Assembly: GCA_044892505.1 (NCBI GenBank)
Contig: CM097882.1
Location: 331,638,001-331,702,000 of the forward strand
Direction: 5' to 3'
DNA length: 64,000 nucleotides
Source: Schmidtea nova
Taxonomy: Eukaryota
Made by a program: the position numbers and the translations under genes. Under the pieces are notes generated by a model that made no database searches, was not told the origin of the DNA, and was given only the letters and a program-made list of their open reading frames with translations. This document shows, piece after piece, positions 37,015 to 49,286 of this stretch (positions are counted from its first letter, which is position 1; every line of letters begins with the position of its first letter).

Positions 37015-39433
37015 TAAACAAAAGTATCTGGATATATTTAAAAAACCATGTTTTTTTTGCGTTTAGAAATGAGGCGAAGGAAAGTAATGGACAAACACGG
37101 TTTTATTTATGGTATTTAAGACGAAATAATATGCCGTGGTTAATCATGGCTCAAATTGTAAGCCTCATTTCTTATGAAGTATTTAGTTGTGTGTCAAATT
37201 TTTTGTCTTTGTGATTGTTTTTGTGTGTATTTTGATTGGCAGTTTATTTGTGTGTGCATAAATTCATTTTGAGTTTTTTATTATTGATTGCATTTTGTTC
37301 ATGGAAGCTAGTTTTAGGATTTGAATCAAACTTTCTTTGGCCGTGAGTAGTTTCCCTAATGTTTAAAATAAAATTTAAAGGTGTGACGTTGAATTTGTCT
37401 TCTTTAAATCATGATAGTGCTCTTGGTAATTTGAAATCTGTAATGTGTGAGGAGGTATCTGTTGTTCCAGAAACCAAAAATATTTGGAATAAAACCTTCA
37501 CCAGGATTTATTTCTGATGAATTGACATTTAACAACATATTGTTTCCGTCTAACTCCAAAATCATGCTTATTGGTTCAACTGACGAGCAAGAAAAATTTG
37601 TGACAAGAGATTTAATGATTTAGATGAGTTGAACGAAGATCAAGAATAAGATGAATTAAAAGTAGATATTTGTGAAAGATCTGAATATGCTGCTATAATT
37701 GAAAGACGGATAAAAATATTAATAATAATCAATAAATAGTTACTTTGGATTTCCCAAAAAACTAATCCAAAAAATATAAAAAGAATATGAATAGAATCAG
37801 AGCCAATATTCTTTTTTATCCAAAAAAATAAAAGGCACACTATTAAAATTTATTTCATAACTGTTAATAATAATCAATAAATTGTTACCTTTCAATAAAT
37901 AAACTCATCTAACAAATAAGGATCATTAAATTAAAATAAATGTTGGGCTAACCAAATCACAGAGAAACCCTAAATCAGTAAAAATCAAAATAAAACCACA
38001 ATAAAGTAATAATAAAATTACCAACAGTTCAACAGCGGTTAACAATTCAAAGCATGGAGACCTAAAGAATAATGGTAACAATAGATAAATAATAAATCAT
38101 CAAAAACTTACCCAAGCAAGACATAAACTGACAATGAGTAGGCGGATAGCTGAGCAGAACACGAGAATCTAAAAGAAAATAAATTAAATAAAATTAACGG
38201 TTGAGTGAACAAAAACTCACCGAATTAAACAAGTAAAGATGAGCAGTAAAAATGAAAGGCTTACAATAAGCACAGGCATACTCAAATTTGATTGGCTGGC
38301 TGTCAACACAAATTAGTATATAAGCGGCAGCCCAATTCAGAAAGTTAATGTCATTTTCAGTTACGAACTGTCAGCTTACTTGCGACAAGTGTAAATCAGC
38401 AGAACTTTGTAGTCGCGAATTGAAATCGAAATAAAAGGTACGATTACATTCTTATGTTATGTTATTATTTTAAACCCTCATGATATCTAAAATCAATAAG
38501 GTATCCCGAAGGTCGTCGGATCTGACGGGATTTTGGGCCTCTCAGCGCAACACATTTTCATGTGAGGGTTGATGCGGCGAGTGGATAGGTTTAGTAACTT
38601 TGGGAGTGGTGCACATAGACATCATAGTAGATAATATCATGATGGGATGTAGGCAAGCGTCGCGGTTTGGATGACCTAGCTGAAAAATGTATGTGTATAT
38701 TGCGTAACACAAACAGCATTGGGTGTACGTAGAAAGTCGAGAGATTGTCGACATTATGGAGAGATACACATCGATACCCTCCCTAGAAGACAGGATCGAG
38801 AAAAAGATATAGTAGATCCGCACATTGGAGTAGGTACGACCTAGGATACCCCGAAGGCGAGGCCACTTAACATTTGTGACATTGACCAGCAATGAAATCC
38901 GAGGAGGCACCGTAGAAAAAAGGATTAGTGCCAAAAATTGAAACATTTGCGATTGATCAAGGGAGCAATAATAATTGTCCATAAATAAGTGACCCCGAGG
39001 CAGAACCCTGACTTGCCGATCAGATGACATAATTGACTGAACAAAATGACTGATGTAGGTTGTTGGTTAACTGATGCGATCAGCTATGTCGACACGCATG
39101 ATGCTTCTATGTAAACTATAGGCTACGTGATGATGTCTGAAATGATTGTGGGCGGCTCGTACTACGGCCAGTAGAATGAATATGATGGACATACTGATCA
39201 GTTAATTGGAATTTTTGTGTATGGAATCAATAAAATGACCAGTAGAATGAATATGATGGATATACTGATCAGTTAATTGGAATTTTTGTGTATGGAATCA
39301 ATAAATCAGGTAATCCGTAAATTTGAATTGAGATGACTGAAAGGCATGATTGAATTAGAGGATGATGCAGGAAACGGGAATGTTTGAGGAACACTTCATC
39401 GTTATGAGTAATTAATGCGTTTTTTCTCAGAAA

Positions 39434-39889
39434 ATGAATGCAAAACTCCGTCGAGCATACTACTGCCAATCAACGAAACTGAAGACGAACCAGTCGAACC
39501 CCCTACCCGAAGTCCCTTAATCAATCCAAGCCATAGCTGACCGTCACATGCGTAGATGGAGACGCAGGCATGTGGACTTAAATGCAATACAAGGTTCGAC
39601 AGTATATCACTACCGAGTGCGATGAGAGGGCGAACCCTCCTGGCCGAAATCTGACCATGATCTAACGTCCAAGATGCCATTATGGTTCTTCCAATTCGAG
39701 GATTAGCGAAGCAAGCCTCGCTGAATATTGACTTTTGTGAAGATACCAAATCGGATTCTCCATCAAATGGGATATATATTATTGGAACGCCATATTTGCG
39801 TGCATTCCGGAATATTACGGCCATACGCAAATTCCCCAGGGAATCAAAAGATGAATCAGGAAGAATGGATTCCCGACACTTGTATGTGA
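39434..39889 (+). pseudogene. ORF1-family protein with several stops (copy D)
   Basis: PLPEVP*SIQAIADRHMRRWRRR...YRVR*EGEPSWP...LWFFQF aligns with copy E PLKRAPFEIIQQVHLKMWAWRRE...VWYRGCANWP...EWFVL. Confidence 0.7.
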
Positions 39890-40224
39890 GAGATCTTCGT
39901 ATATGAGGACAAATTATGTTGGATCCCATGCCCAAGTTACTATAACCCCGATGGCACCGGAAAATCGGACCAAACGTGCGTCCAAGAGTGGGTCAAGTTC
40001 GAGGACTGAAATGATGTACATCGCCTCATGTGATTTCGTTGAAATTAATAGAGAAAATAGTTGTTGATTTTCACGAGTTCTGATTGTAGAATAATGAAAG
40101 AATGTGTGAAGGCTTGAACGAATAAGTATGTCTGTTAGAAAAATTTCACGCGGAATCAATGAAGGGGGGAATGATGAGTCGTAGATTGTGGATAAAGCGT
40201 GAATTAACAGGTCTATGATTTTAG

Positions 40225-40778
40225 ATGAGCAATACAGTCAAAAACCCTCATTCCGACGAAAATCAACTCTTACGTAAACGCATAAAAGTGCTGGAAAGTC
40301 ATGTAAAGAAGCCGAAATGAGTCAACTAAAAACGACCTGGTTTCACCCCGAACGGGTCAAAGAAATCCAGCAGCACAGATACCGGGCAGAAAGAGCTTTA
40401 GAGGATCAGGCCAGTGAAACTGCCGCAGTTAAGTTAGAGCTCAATAATTACCTGCGAGCCTCCACGAGAGAATTTATTGAACAATAGTTAAAGCCGCTAA
40501 TACGTACCAGCACCTTCATCCGTTGGGCAGAGTCGATCCATGTAGCTTATGGTATGCAAATGGAAACGAGCTTTACCTCTGTGTTAGAAAGCTTAAAAGA
40601 GATTCCCAAACCGGAAGGATCGCTGCGTACGAAGCGAAGGAATCGTTTAGGTGCGAGAAGGCGTCGCGAAAGGAGAGCCTATGCCGAACGAACAGGAATC
40701 GAGGTGGATTTCTTAAGTGGGATAACCGAAAGGCAGTTGTTGGAAGTCATTAATACGGATGTTTTGTTGGGTAAATAA
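40225..40778 (+). pseudogene. ORF2-family protein with one frameshift and one TAG (copy D)
   Basis: LLRKRIKVLE / LKTTWFHPERVK...EFIEQ*LKPLIRTSTFIRWAE...KRRNRLGARRRRERRAYA. Confidence 0.8.
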
Positions 40779-40955
40779 ATGTTTAGCGTACGAAGCGTTG
40801 TTTTTGACTGAATGTGGAATGCATGGAAAATTGAGTGAATGAGTAGATGATTAAATAAACACAATTCATTTGAAGGCCGAGGGATATTACGAAAATAAAT
40901 CAACTCTAGACGTAGCGGAATCAACAAAATAAATGGGGACCGAAAAAAAACCCAC

Positions 40956-41183
40956 ACAGACCTTCTATCGGTATTGGTGGACTTGTGAATAAATGAGGGA
41001 ATAGTAGCCGCAAGGTTGCTCATCTGCCTCATCATTTCACAACGTTGATACAGTACCATCATGATGAGTAGTTAGGGACACATCATGGGTATCAGTGGGG
41101 GAAGCGTGTTTATGTTGGCGAGATTACCCTGACAATTAACATCCAATAAAATCTCAGTTGAAAAACGTACCAACAAACCAGCA
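40956..41183 (+). ncRNA. 3' structured RNA module, copy D
   Basis: ATGAGG/CCTCAT; GTAGCC-GCAA-GGTTGC; CATGATG/CATCATG; TGTTGG/CCAACA. Confidence 0.7.
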
Positions 41184-43003
41184 TAAAATAGAAAAATTTC
41201 ATAAATTCACAATTTTCGGGCATTATTGCGCAGTAGAATTTTTTCGCATTTCACGGCTGTACGTTGTATTTTTAGAAACTATTCATACTTATAGTATTAA
41301 TATTTAATTTTTGGAATCTGTTGGTAGGACATGCAAAATTACAGATATTTTGTTATGCCGGAATATTTTTTAAAACTTAAAACTTCATATATTTTTAAGG
41401 CATAGTTTAAAATTATCGTGACTGATAGCTTTGTTACCATGTCGTAGGTATTTTGATTGAGTTTCAAGTTTATTGGTAATGTGTTATTATATGATTAAAT
41501 ATGTATTTATTATTTTTTGAAGAATTATATTTTTATTTAAATTTTTACTTTTACTTTTGTTAAGATCAAAAAGATGGGGGACTGACCTTAACACAAATTG
41601 ACTCCAATTAATAAAATAAGTAAATAAATAAATAAATGAATATCTATAAATATAAAGATATTAATGTGGTTGTGTGTATTAGTATAACCTGTAAAAGAAA
41701 AACCAACTTTACTTTCAAATATTTTTATTTAAACAATTTACAAACGATATTTTATAAATCGAATATTTATACAAAAGAACAATTAAGGTTATGGATTGAA
41801 TTAATCCTTACTGTTTGTGGCAGCCTGCAAGAAATCGTTGGAACCTCAGTAGCACAACGATCGCTAAGAATTTTAACACAAGAATTTTAACAAGCAAGAG
41901 GGTATGATTTTGGGGCACCCAGAGGATACTAAAGTAAGCTACGTTACTTTGTATCCGCTTGAAAAAAAATATCTTAAAACTAAAAAGATAAATTTATCTT
42001 TCACTAAATTCACAATCTCAAAATTATTACTACTTTACAAAATCAAATTTTAAATTACTTCGCTCAGCTGTAAAATTAATCTCCGTTTTTCTCCTCGATT
42101 ATGAAAATTCCGAATGTATTTATACTACTTTTCTGATGTAGATAATCAATCAGATCTACTCAGGAAACTTAATTAATTTTCCTATGATATTCTTCTGATT
42201 TTTAAACAGATGATCTATTTTCCCTTTGATTCTGCAAATCTGGAATTTCAATTATCGTCCGTTCTCTCTCTCAGCTGTCGCCAAACGCAATACTAAATTT
42301 CTTCAAATAATTCAATTTTTTCTCCACCAACAAATTTCCAGCTTCAGTAATAATTAGATTTTTCTCCAACTGATTGTTTTCTGCTAGATTTAATTTCTTC
42401 TTTTAATTTCTTTTTTTTTTAATTTCTTCGTTCGCTAAAAAGTTGACACTTTTCCTCAGTTCTGTCGTTGCCTGAAGTCTTCTCCCAGTTTTACTGAAAC
42501 ACCATGTTATATATATTAAAAATGAAATTTGCTTACCCAAATTTAGCTACAAACAATTACTATTTAATTTCTAGCAATTACCAAAGATGACTCACTTCTA
42601 TTTTTGGTAATTGCTTTTTCTAGATAGATTATTTTAGGTTATTATTTATTTTATTTTAGCTATTTTTAGTAATTTTTTTATTTCTAATTAAGTATTATTA
42701 GTAATTTATTATTGTCAAACCTCAAGACATTAAGGCCAAAGGCCTGATCCTAACACTTTCATCACATTTTCTCCAAAATTAACATCATTATATCGTTATT
42801 CATTTATTTATATGCATATTTATATTTTTTTTCATTAAAACTATTTTTATACGTCAACCTAGTCGCTGTACCGTCATTAGTCGCTTTAGTGAATCATCAG
42901 TTCGCTGGAGGCTTTCAGTGTTCTGTTCCATATTTTCAATGAAGTAAGCGCAAACATCCAAAAACGCTTCATCTTATACTTGGCTATATGAGGAGTAGTG
43001 GAT

Positions 43004-43980
43004 TGGCCAAGCGCAAGGTTTGTTCAAAATAATTAACGTCTAGAATCCTATTACATTTTTAATGAAATGCGATTTGGTATTCAAAGACGCAAAAAAAAAG
43101 TACTGTATTTATATTTATTTATATCAAATTGTATAACTCTTATAATTAGATAAAAATTCGGACATAATAAAAATAAATCAAAAATATGCATTCATCTCGT
43201 GCATTGCGTTTACTTAATGAACGTCGTCTTTACATCTCTGAAAGTATTCGCAAAGTCAATTAGAAAGTCAAACATATGAAAAATTCGTAAATGACCAATC
43301 GAAGGTAGTAGAAATGCTGTATCGAATTATGCCTACAGATTACACTCGATAATCTTCCGTTGAATTTATACTCTAAATCGCAAACAGTATTAATAGAAAC
43401 TTCTAAAAAAATTTATCTAGACTTTTGAGTATTTAAGATCGCCAAAAGAACCGTATTGAAATTTTATATATACTTTATTTTTAAAAATTCATGGCCAAGC
43501 GCAAGGTTTTTTCAAAATAATTAACGTCTAGAATCCTATTACATTTTTAATGAAATGCGATTTGGTATTCAAAGACGCAAAAAAAAGTACTGTATTTATA
43601 TTTATTTATATCAAATTGTATAACTCTTATAATTAGATAAAAATTCGGACATAATAAAAATAAATCAAAAATATGCATTCATCTCGTGCATTGCGTTTAC
43701 TTAATGAACGTCGTCTTTACATCTCTGAAAGTATTCGCAAAGTCAATTAGAAAGTCAAACATATGAAAAATTCGTAAATGACCACTCGAAGGGTAGTAGA
43801 AATGCTGTATCGAATTATGCCTACAGATTACACTCGATAATCTTCCGTTGAATTTATACTCTAAATCGCAAACAGTATTAATAGAAACTTCTAAAAAAAT
43901 TTATCTAGACTTTTGAGTATTTAAGATCACCAAAAGAACCGTATTGAAATTTTATATATACTTTATTTTTAAAAATTCAT
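43004..43980. repeat. Near-identical 488-bp tandem duplication
   Basis: Units start tggccaagcgcaaggttt at 43004 and 43492. Confidence 0.92.
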
Positions 43981-44433
43981 GTATGATCGGAATTAATTTT
44001 TGTAAAAAACTATAAAATACTTTTATGTCGCAATACATAAAAATTTTAACTTGAATTATTAGATTATAATATGTGTGAATTTAAATTTTTTATTATTATA
44101 AATTTTATAGAATTTCAAATTTGGTCATAAAAATAAAATTTACCTTTATAGATAATATATTATGAAAAAATTAGGATATAAAAGTTATAAATCAAAAATT
44201 TTCTTAGAATAAAAAAATTATAAATCGAAAATAGTATAATATAAAATTTTAAATCAAGAATTTTATTATGATATTGAATATAAAAATTAGGAATTTGGAA
44301 TTTTATTATTATATAAATTTTATGAAATTGTAAATTTAAAATTTTGTAAGAAAAATTACAAAGATAATTGTTGTCATTTTAATAATTAAAATTTAATTCT
44401 AAAAATTATTTTTTATAAATAAATAAATAAATA

Positions 44434-44673
44434 TGATGGGGTTGTGGATGGGTTTGTAAAAAACATATGTTTGAATTGTTGCGTTCTAGGATCTCTCACC
44501 CACAGCCTTGCATAAACTGATCGTCAACACGCGTATGCCCTTGACTATTCCCTATTAGCCAAGTTGGTACTGCATACGGTGGTGGAAAAATGATGGGCAG
44601 ATGAGCTCTTTTACCAGAACTACTCCCCATTTATCTTCCCTCGGGTTCGTGCTGCCGATAGAAGGTCTTACGC
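44434..44673 (-). ncRNA. 3' structured RNA module, copy E
   Basis: Nearly identical to copy F over ~150 nt; TGTGGGTG/CATCCACA terminal stem. Confidence 0.7.
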
Positions 44674-44993
44674 ATAACAATTTTATTTCTATTCGTCCCA
44701 ATATGTTAAATTTAATCTTAAATCTTTGTGCACCTCCATTGTCTGAAAACGCTTTCTAATAAAACTTTCGTACTTTACTTTAGGTTGTTAATTTTATCTT
44801 GCGCATAATTCAATCGACTTCGCTGTGATCGTTATTTATGTGCAATTTATGAGGAAAAATGTTACCTAAATTATTTATTTAGTTTTGTTTAATTTAGAAT
44901 GAATAATTTTTTCGAGGAGAGACAATACCAAACTAAATCAGTTACTCATTAACTCGAAAAATATTTTATTTTAGACACAGCAACTTCAACATT

Positions 44994-45578
44994 TTATTTC
45001 ATAAAATCCAAGTCGATTTCGTCCATCAGTTCTAATTTTGTTAACGCGCTTAATCGATCTATCTGCATATTCATCCGCTTGGCAAATTCTCGGCGACGAC
45101 GTCTTTGTCGCGATCCTAATCGGGTTTTTCGGGTTTGATGGATCATCCTTGCAGGAAGTTCTGGTTTTGGTTGGATATCGTGGGGTGTGGAGGAAATGTC
45201 CACGACCGGGCTCGGTTCCATGTTATGATCGTTCTCGGTTCCTGTTGCAATTTCCCGATATTGACCCTCTGTCCATCGCCGGGCTGTAATTGGGCGAATC
45301 AGTGCCCGCAATTCGCTATCAATATAGCTTTTCGTCACGGAATTTAGGCAATTTCGTAGTTCCCTTTGTACGGCATCCAGCTCCGTCTTGGTTTCGGCCA
45401 AAGCTTCCTGCATTTTAGCCATTTTCGACAGTTGAGTTTTCATTTGATCTGGAGAAAACCAACGAGTCTGAAGTTCTTCATTTGCGACCCTGAGTCGCTT
45501 GATCTGTCGTTTTTGGTCTCTCATTTTTCGTTCTTGGACTTGATTGGTAAATTCCCTGGACTTTTCGATGGAATTCAT
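44994..45578 (-). CDS. ORF2-family orphan protein, intact 194 aa
   Basis: ATG to stop open; WFSPDQMK, ELRNCLNSVT, ELRALIRPIT, RLGSRQRRRRREFA. Confidence 0.85.
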   Translation of the reverse strand: MNSIEKSREFTNQVQERKMRDQKRQIKRLRVANEELQTRWFSPDQMKTQLSKMAKMQEALAETKTELDAVQRELRNCLNSVTKSYIDSELRALIRPITARRWTEGQYREIATGTENDHNMEPSPVVDISSTPHDIQPKPELPARMIHQTRKTRLGSRQRRRRREFAKRMNMQIDRLSALTKLELMDEIDLDFMK

Positions 45579-45818
45579 TTAGTCTGAATATTACAACATT
45601 TATTGCAATTGTTAATTTATTTGTGATTTATGCTTTGTTTAAGCTAACATAATAGTTATAACGCTATTCTTTCAGGTACATGTGTTAACCAAATTAATGT
45701 GAATCTACAAAATGTTATCGTCACCCTTCAAGGTTTTTGGATTTTGAAATAATTTCGATTAACTACTACCAACTAACTAAAAGAAACTCTCATTTTCAAA
45801 TACATTTATTAAATCAAA

Positions 45819-46238
45819 TCACTCCATGGACAATTTTCCCCGATAGGAAAAGATAGCACGGATTTGCAGGTTGGTTTTGAATCCATTTGAGGGGTTGGTG
45901 GAATCCTTCTTGCTCTCTCTGAGCGGTCTGATCGCGACATTATAAATGATGCTCAGTTCCTTAAACGTTGAGGCGGAAATGTAGCCCCAATAAATGACGA
46001 AGTTTGGGAATCCATTCTCGTCCAGCATCAGGACGAACCACTCCAAGTGCCAGGGTTCGAAATCATCGCCCGGAATTATGGGCCAATTGGCGCATCCTCG
46101 ATACCACACATGGTGCCGTGGGTGATCCCACACGGTGAAGGGAAATGCTGTGTCCAACTCCCTTCTCCAGGCCCACATTTTCAGATGGACCTGCTGAATG
46201 ATTTCGAATGGAGCGCGTTTTAGGGGGCTGATCCGCAC
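45819..46238 (-). CDS. ORF1-family orphan protein; the frame stays open about 100 nt upstream to a splice acceptor near 46340
   Basis: PLKRAP...VWDHPRHHVWYRGCANWPI...EWFV...YWGYISA. Confidence 0.7.
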   Translation of the reverse strand: MRISPLKRAPFEIIQQVHLKMWAWRRELDTAFPFTVWDHPRHHVWYRGCANWPIIPGDDFEPWHLEWFVLMLDENGFPNFVIYWGYISASTFKELSIIYNVAIRPLRESKKDSTNPSNGFKTNLQIRAIFSYRGKLSME

Positions 46239-47607
46239 TCGGTTCCGTTTGAGCTGCCCATTTTTCCATCCCCATTGATTTTCCTTTCGTTGGTTCCCAT
46301 TAGTTTTTTCCTCAATAATTTGAACTTCGACATTTTTTCTAGATCATAATAAAAATCATTTAAATATCTAAGAGACATATTTGTGGAGTTTGATATTCTC
46401 CCTCTTCGCTTATTTTATTTTATTACACGCATTCCCTTTATGCATTGGGTCGAGTTTATGCTGAGAAAACTGTCGACTGAGGTAGTAAAACATATATTTT
46501 ACTGATGCCTGTTTTCTAATTTTTACTGTTCTAATCGCGATTATTCGTTGGGATATCACTGTTGAAAAATTTATTGTTTGTAGTTACTCTGCAGTGATAT
46601 TAAAAAAATGGTTTTGATATAAAATCCTTGATACCTTCTAATAGCGCATCTCATGCCTATTCTGGGGTCAGCTGTCTCGATACTTAGGAAGATTTAGTAA
46701 TATAGTGCTCGTATTACAACCGTTTCGTGTAATTTCCGCCCCTTAATTCATTGTCCCATGTGCAAAACCTCAAAAACTTTAATATATGTTAGATGCCACT
46801 AATTTTCCTACCGAGTGTGGAGCTTCTAAGCACCACGACGCGGACTTACACCCTGGGAACCTATAGCTCCCATTCGGCGCACAAATCGTCTATAATGTAT
46901 ATATGACAAAAAATAATATTATCAATACATATAATTAATATAACAAAATTTATAGCAAAGTCATGAACAACAGCATCATAAAATAAAATAAAATAAAAGT
47001 ACCTAATTTCGTGTACGTCACAACTTTGATTTCAAAATTCTTGATAAGGTAGCACTATGTCTGAACGATTGTCTGGTCTCAAATGATCGTCTGAATAACT
47101 GTGTTACAAAATCAGTCAAAAATCAAGTTAGATTAAATCAAGTCAGAGTCAAGTCTAACTTAAGTCAAATTCACGCAGTTCTTGTTCTTAAATGAATTGC
47201 ACTCGGTATTTATATCGATTTGTTTGGATCAGATTAACCAATCAGGTTTTGCCGCCTCCATTATTTATTTTATTTTTTAATTATTTTCTGTTTTTTCAGA
47301 TTAAATTCACTCTTGGTGGTCCAAATTTTCAGTCTATTTTCCAATTAAAATGACTATTATTTTTGTTTAAATTATTAATTTTTTACCTTTTATTTGTTTT
47401 AGGTACCTCATATGACGGCTAATTTTACAATTTCTCTTGGCCACTCTATTTCCTAATTTATAAAAATTTATCTATAATTTATCTATAATTTATTTATAAT
47501 TTATTTATAATTTCAAATCGAACATTTAATTTCTTAGTCTACGTTTTTTTCTTTTTGTTTTAATTGTTACTAATTTATTTTCCTTTTTACTCTTTTTAGC
47601 TGGCCCA

Positions 47608-47639
<32 letters not shown>

Positions 47640-49064
47640 ATAAATACCCCTCATGATATCACAAAATAATTATACACCCAAATTTGCAAAACAATACATC
47701 CATACTATTCATTAACACCATCCATACCTAATACCACATACAAAATTTATTTAACTATAATACACACACACTACATTATATCACTCATTAACAGCCATCA
47801 GTAACTCACATCCAGAAAATCTCCACAAGCACTCACAACAATCACTTCCATTATTTAAATTGCCTATTGCATTAATATCATCGCATACATACAATCACCT
47901 ACATTCACATACAGTTGTCACAACGAAAACTCACAATAACCCATAAAAGTATATGAACATATCAATTTTCCATTATTACACCGTAAATCTCGCATGAAAA
48001 TTCACACCTCCATCTCACTCAACTATCTCTCATACAACATTTTACATCCAAATAGTCCCCGTAGTAATCCTTCTATCTTGCGCCATCAGCACATCATTCA
48101 AAACATCCGACATTTATTCTACAGTACATTTCTAGAGGAGTGATTTAAATCACTTTATAGATGTTATTAGTAGGAATTCAAAAGGTGTTGGTCATGAAAT
48201 AAGTTTTCTAGTCTTAGGACTAGAATAATCCATCTATAGATCAAATAGTTTGATCAAGCAAATCCGCAAGAACTAAGAATGGTGGAAACATATCATCTAT
48301 CCTTGAATATAACAAAATTTTCCCAGCGTGGGTATCATCAAACTAGCAAAATAGAGTAGAAGGAAAACAAAAAATTCACCAAATTTTTATTAATAATCGT
48401 AAAGGAATGAAATTGCAAATTAGTCCAAATTTTATTAGAACCCGTGAAGGGAACAGGTAGAACTTTGCCGGATTCCGACACATCTTCTCTTCGGAGCTTT
48501 CTAAAATTGATTAGATAAATAATAATTATTAAATAAATATTAATTATTAAATAACCTTTTAACAGAACTGTCAGTTCTGTTTTGCGTGTGATTGAATTCG
48601 TCTGTTGGTATATTTTTCCGTGTTTGTCGACGGTGCCAGCCTGTTGTTCGTCTGGTCTTTGTAGTGCTTGTTGAGTGGAGTGGTTTGTGGTGCTTATCTT
48701 ACTTTTGATATCTTATTCGAATTAAGTTTTTCCTTGAATATTTCCTTGATTTAGTAATTTTAAACAAGGAATTTTTTATTTCCTAATTTAATAATAAAGT
48801 TTCTATTGATAAAATGAAAATTAAAGTTTTAAAATTTTAAATGTAGATTAAAAATTATTTTAAAAATTATTTTATTTATTAATTATCATAAATTGTAATA
48901 TTTGCAAAATTTAATGTTTTGTTAGCGTTTTGATGTTCTGAAAGATCAATGTAACCGTAAATTTATATTGATGTAGATTACTTATTTTAAATTGGTCATT
49001 GAAAATCTTATTTAATGCTTGTAGATAGAAATTGAATACTTGTGGATAAAAGGGACAAAAATGG

Positions 49065-49286
49065 GCATTAAACCTTCTATCGGTAGCCCTTGGACCCAGG
49101 AGATATTCGGTCAATCATAGTTTTGAATTTTCGACACTCACTGATTGCGAATACCCACACATTTGTTACATTAACAACGTTACATTGTGACAGTCAACAA
49201 GATGGTTAATCCAATGTTTTGTATATTGAGTTGTTGATATGAGCCATAGCAACGTCAAGGTCATATTTACGATCAACAACCCACCA
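49065..49286 (+). ncRNA. 3' structured RNA module, subtype II (copy K)
   Basis: Homologous to J and I; TATTCG/CGAATA and GTTGTTGAT/ATCAACAAC stems. Confidence 0.68.

Larger units (their letters stand above)
37941..41183 (+). mobile_element. TG..CA element copy D (3243 bp, full length)
   Basis: TAAA|TGTTGGGCTA...AAACCAGCA|TAAA; promoter 38290-38323; ORF1, ORF2 and 3' module. Confidence 0.88.
44434..47610 (-). mobile_element. TG..CA element copy E (3177 bp, both ORFs open)
   Basis: Minus strand starts TATTGGGCCAGC and ends AACCCCATCA; promoter at 47207-47243; inserted in a TA tract of K; flanks match 3/4. Confidence 0.85.
42500..49286 (+). mobile_element. TG..CA element copy K (subtype II), interrupted by copy E; 5' end not found
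   Basis: Colinear in reverse with J; ends CAACAACCCACCA at 49286. Confidence 0.65.

Noticed and set aside
38542-39935. Long minus-strand ORFs of 162 and 177 aa in copy D
   Set aside because: No counterpart in other copies; the 177-aa frame overlaps the plus-strand ORF1 pseudogene and is probably a shadow
15868-40778. Alternative genetic code (TAA/TAG at conserved Glu positions in C and D)
   Set aside because: Stops also replace Ser, Gln and Trp, the Rab gene and open ORFs read normally, and ordinary decay explains them
44994-45578. ORF2 as a hepatitis delta antigen homologue (similar length, coiled coil, Arg-rich)
   Set aside because: Only compositional analogy; no shared motif and no HDV-type ribozyme recognised
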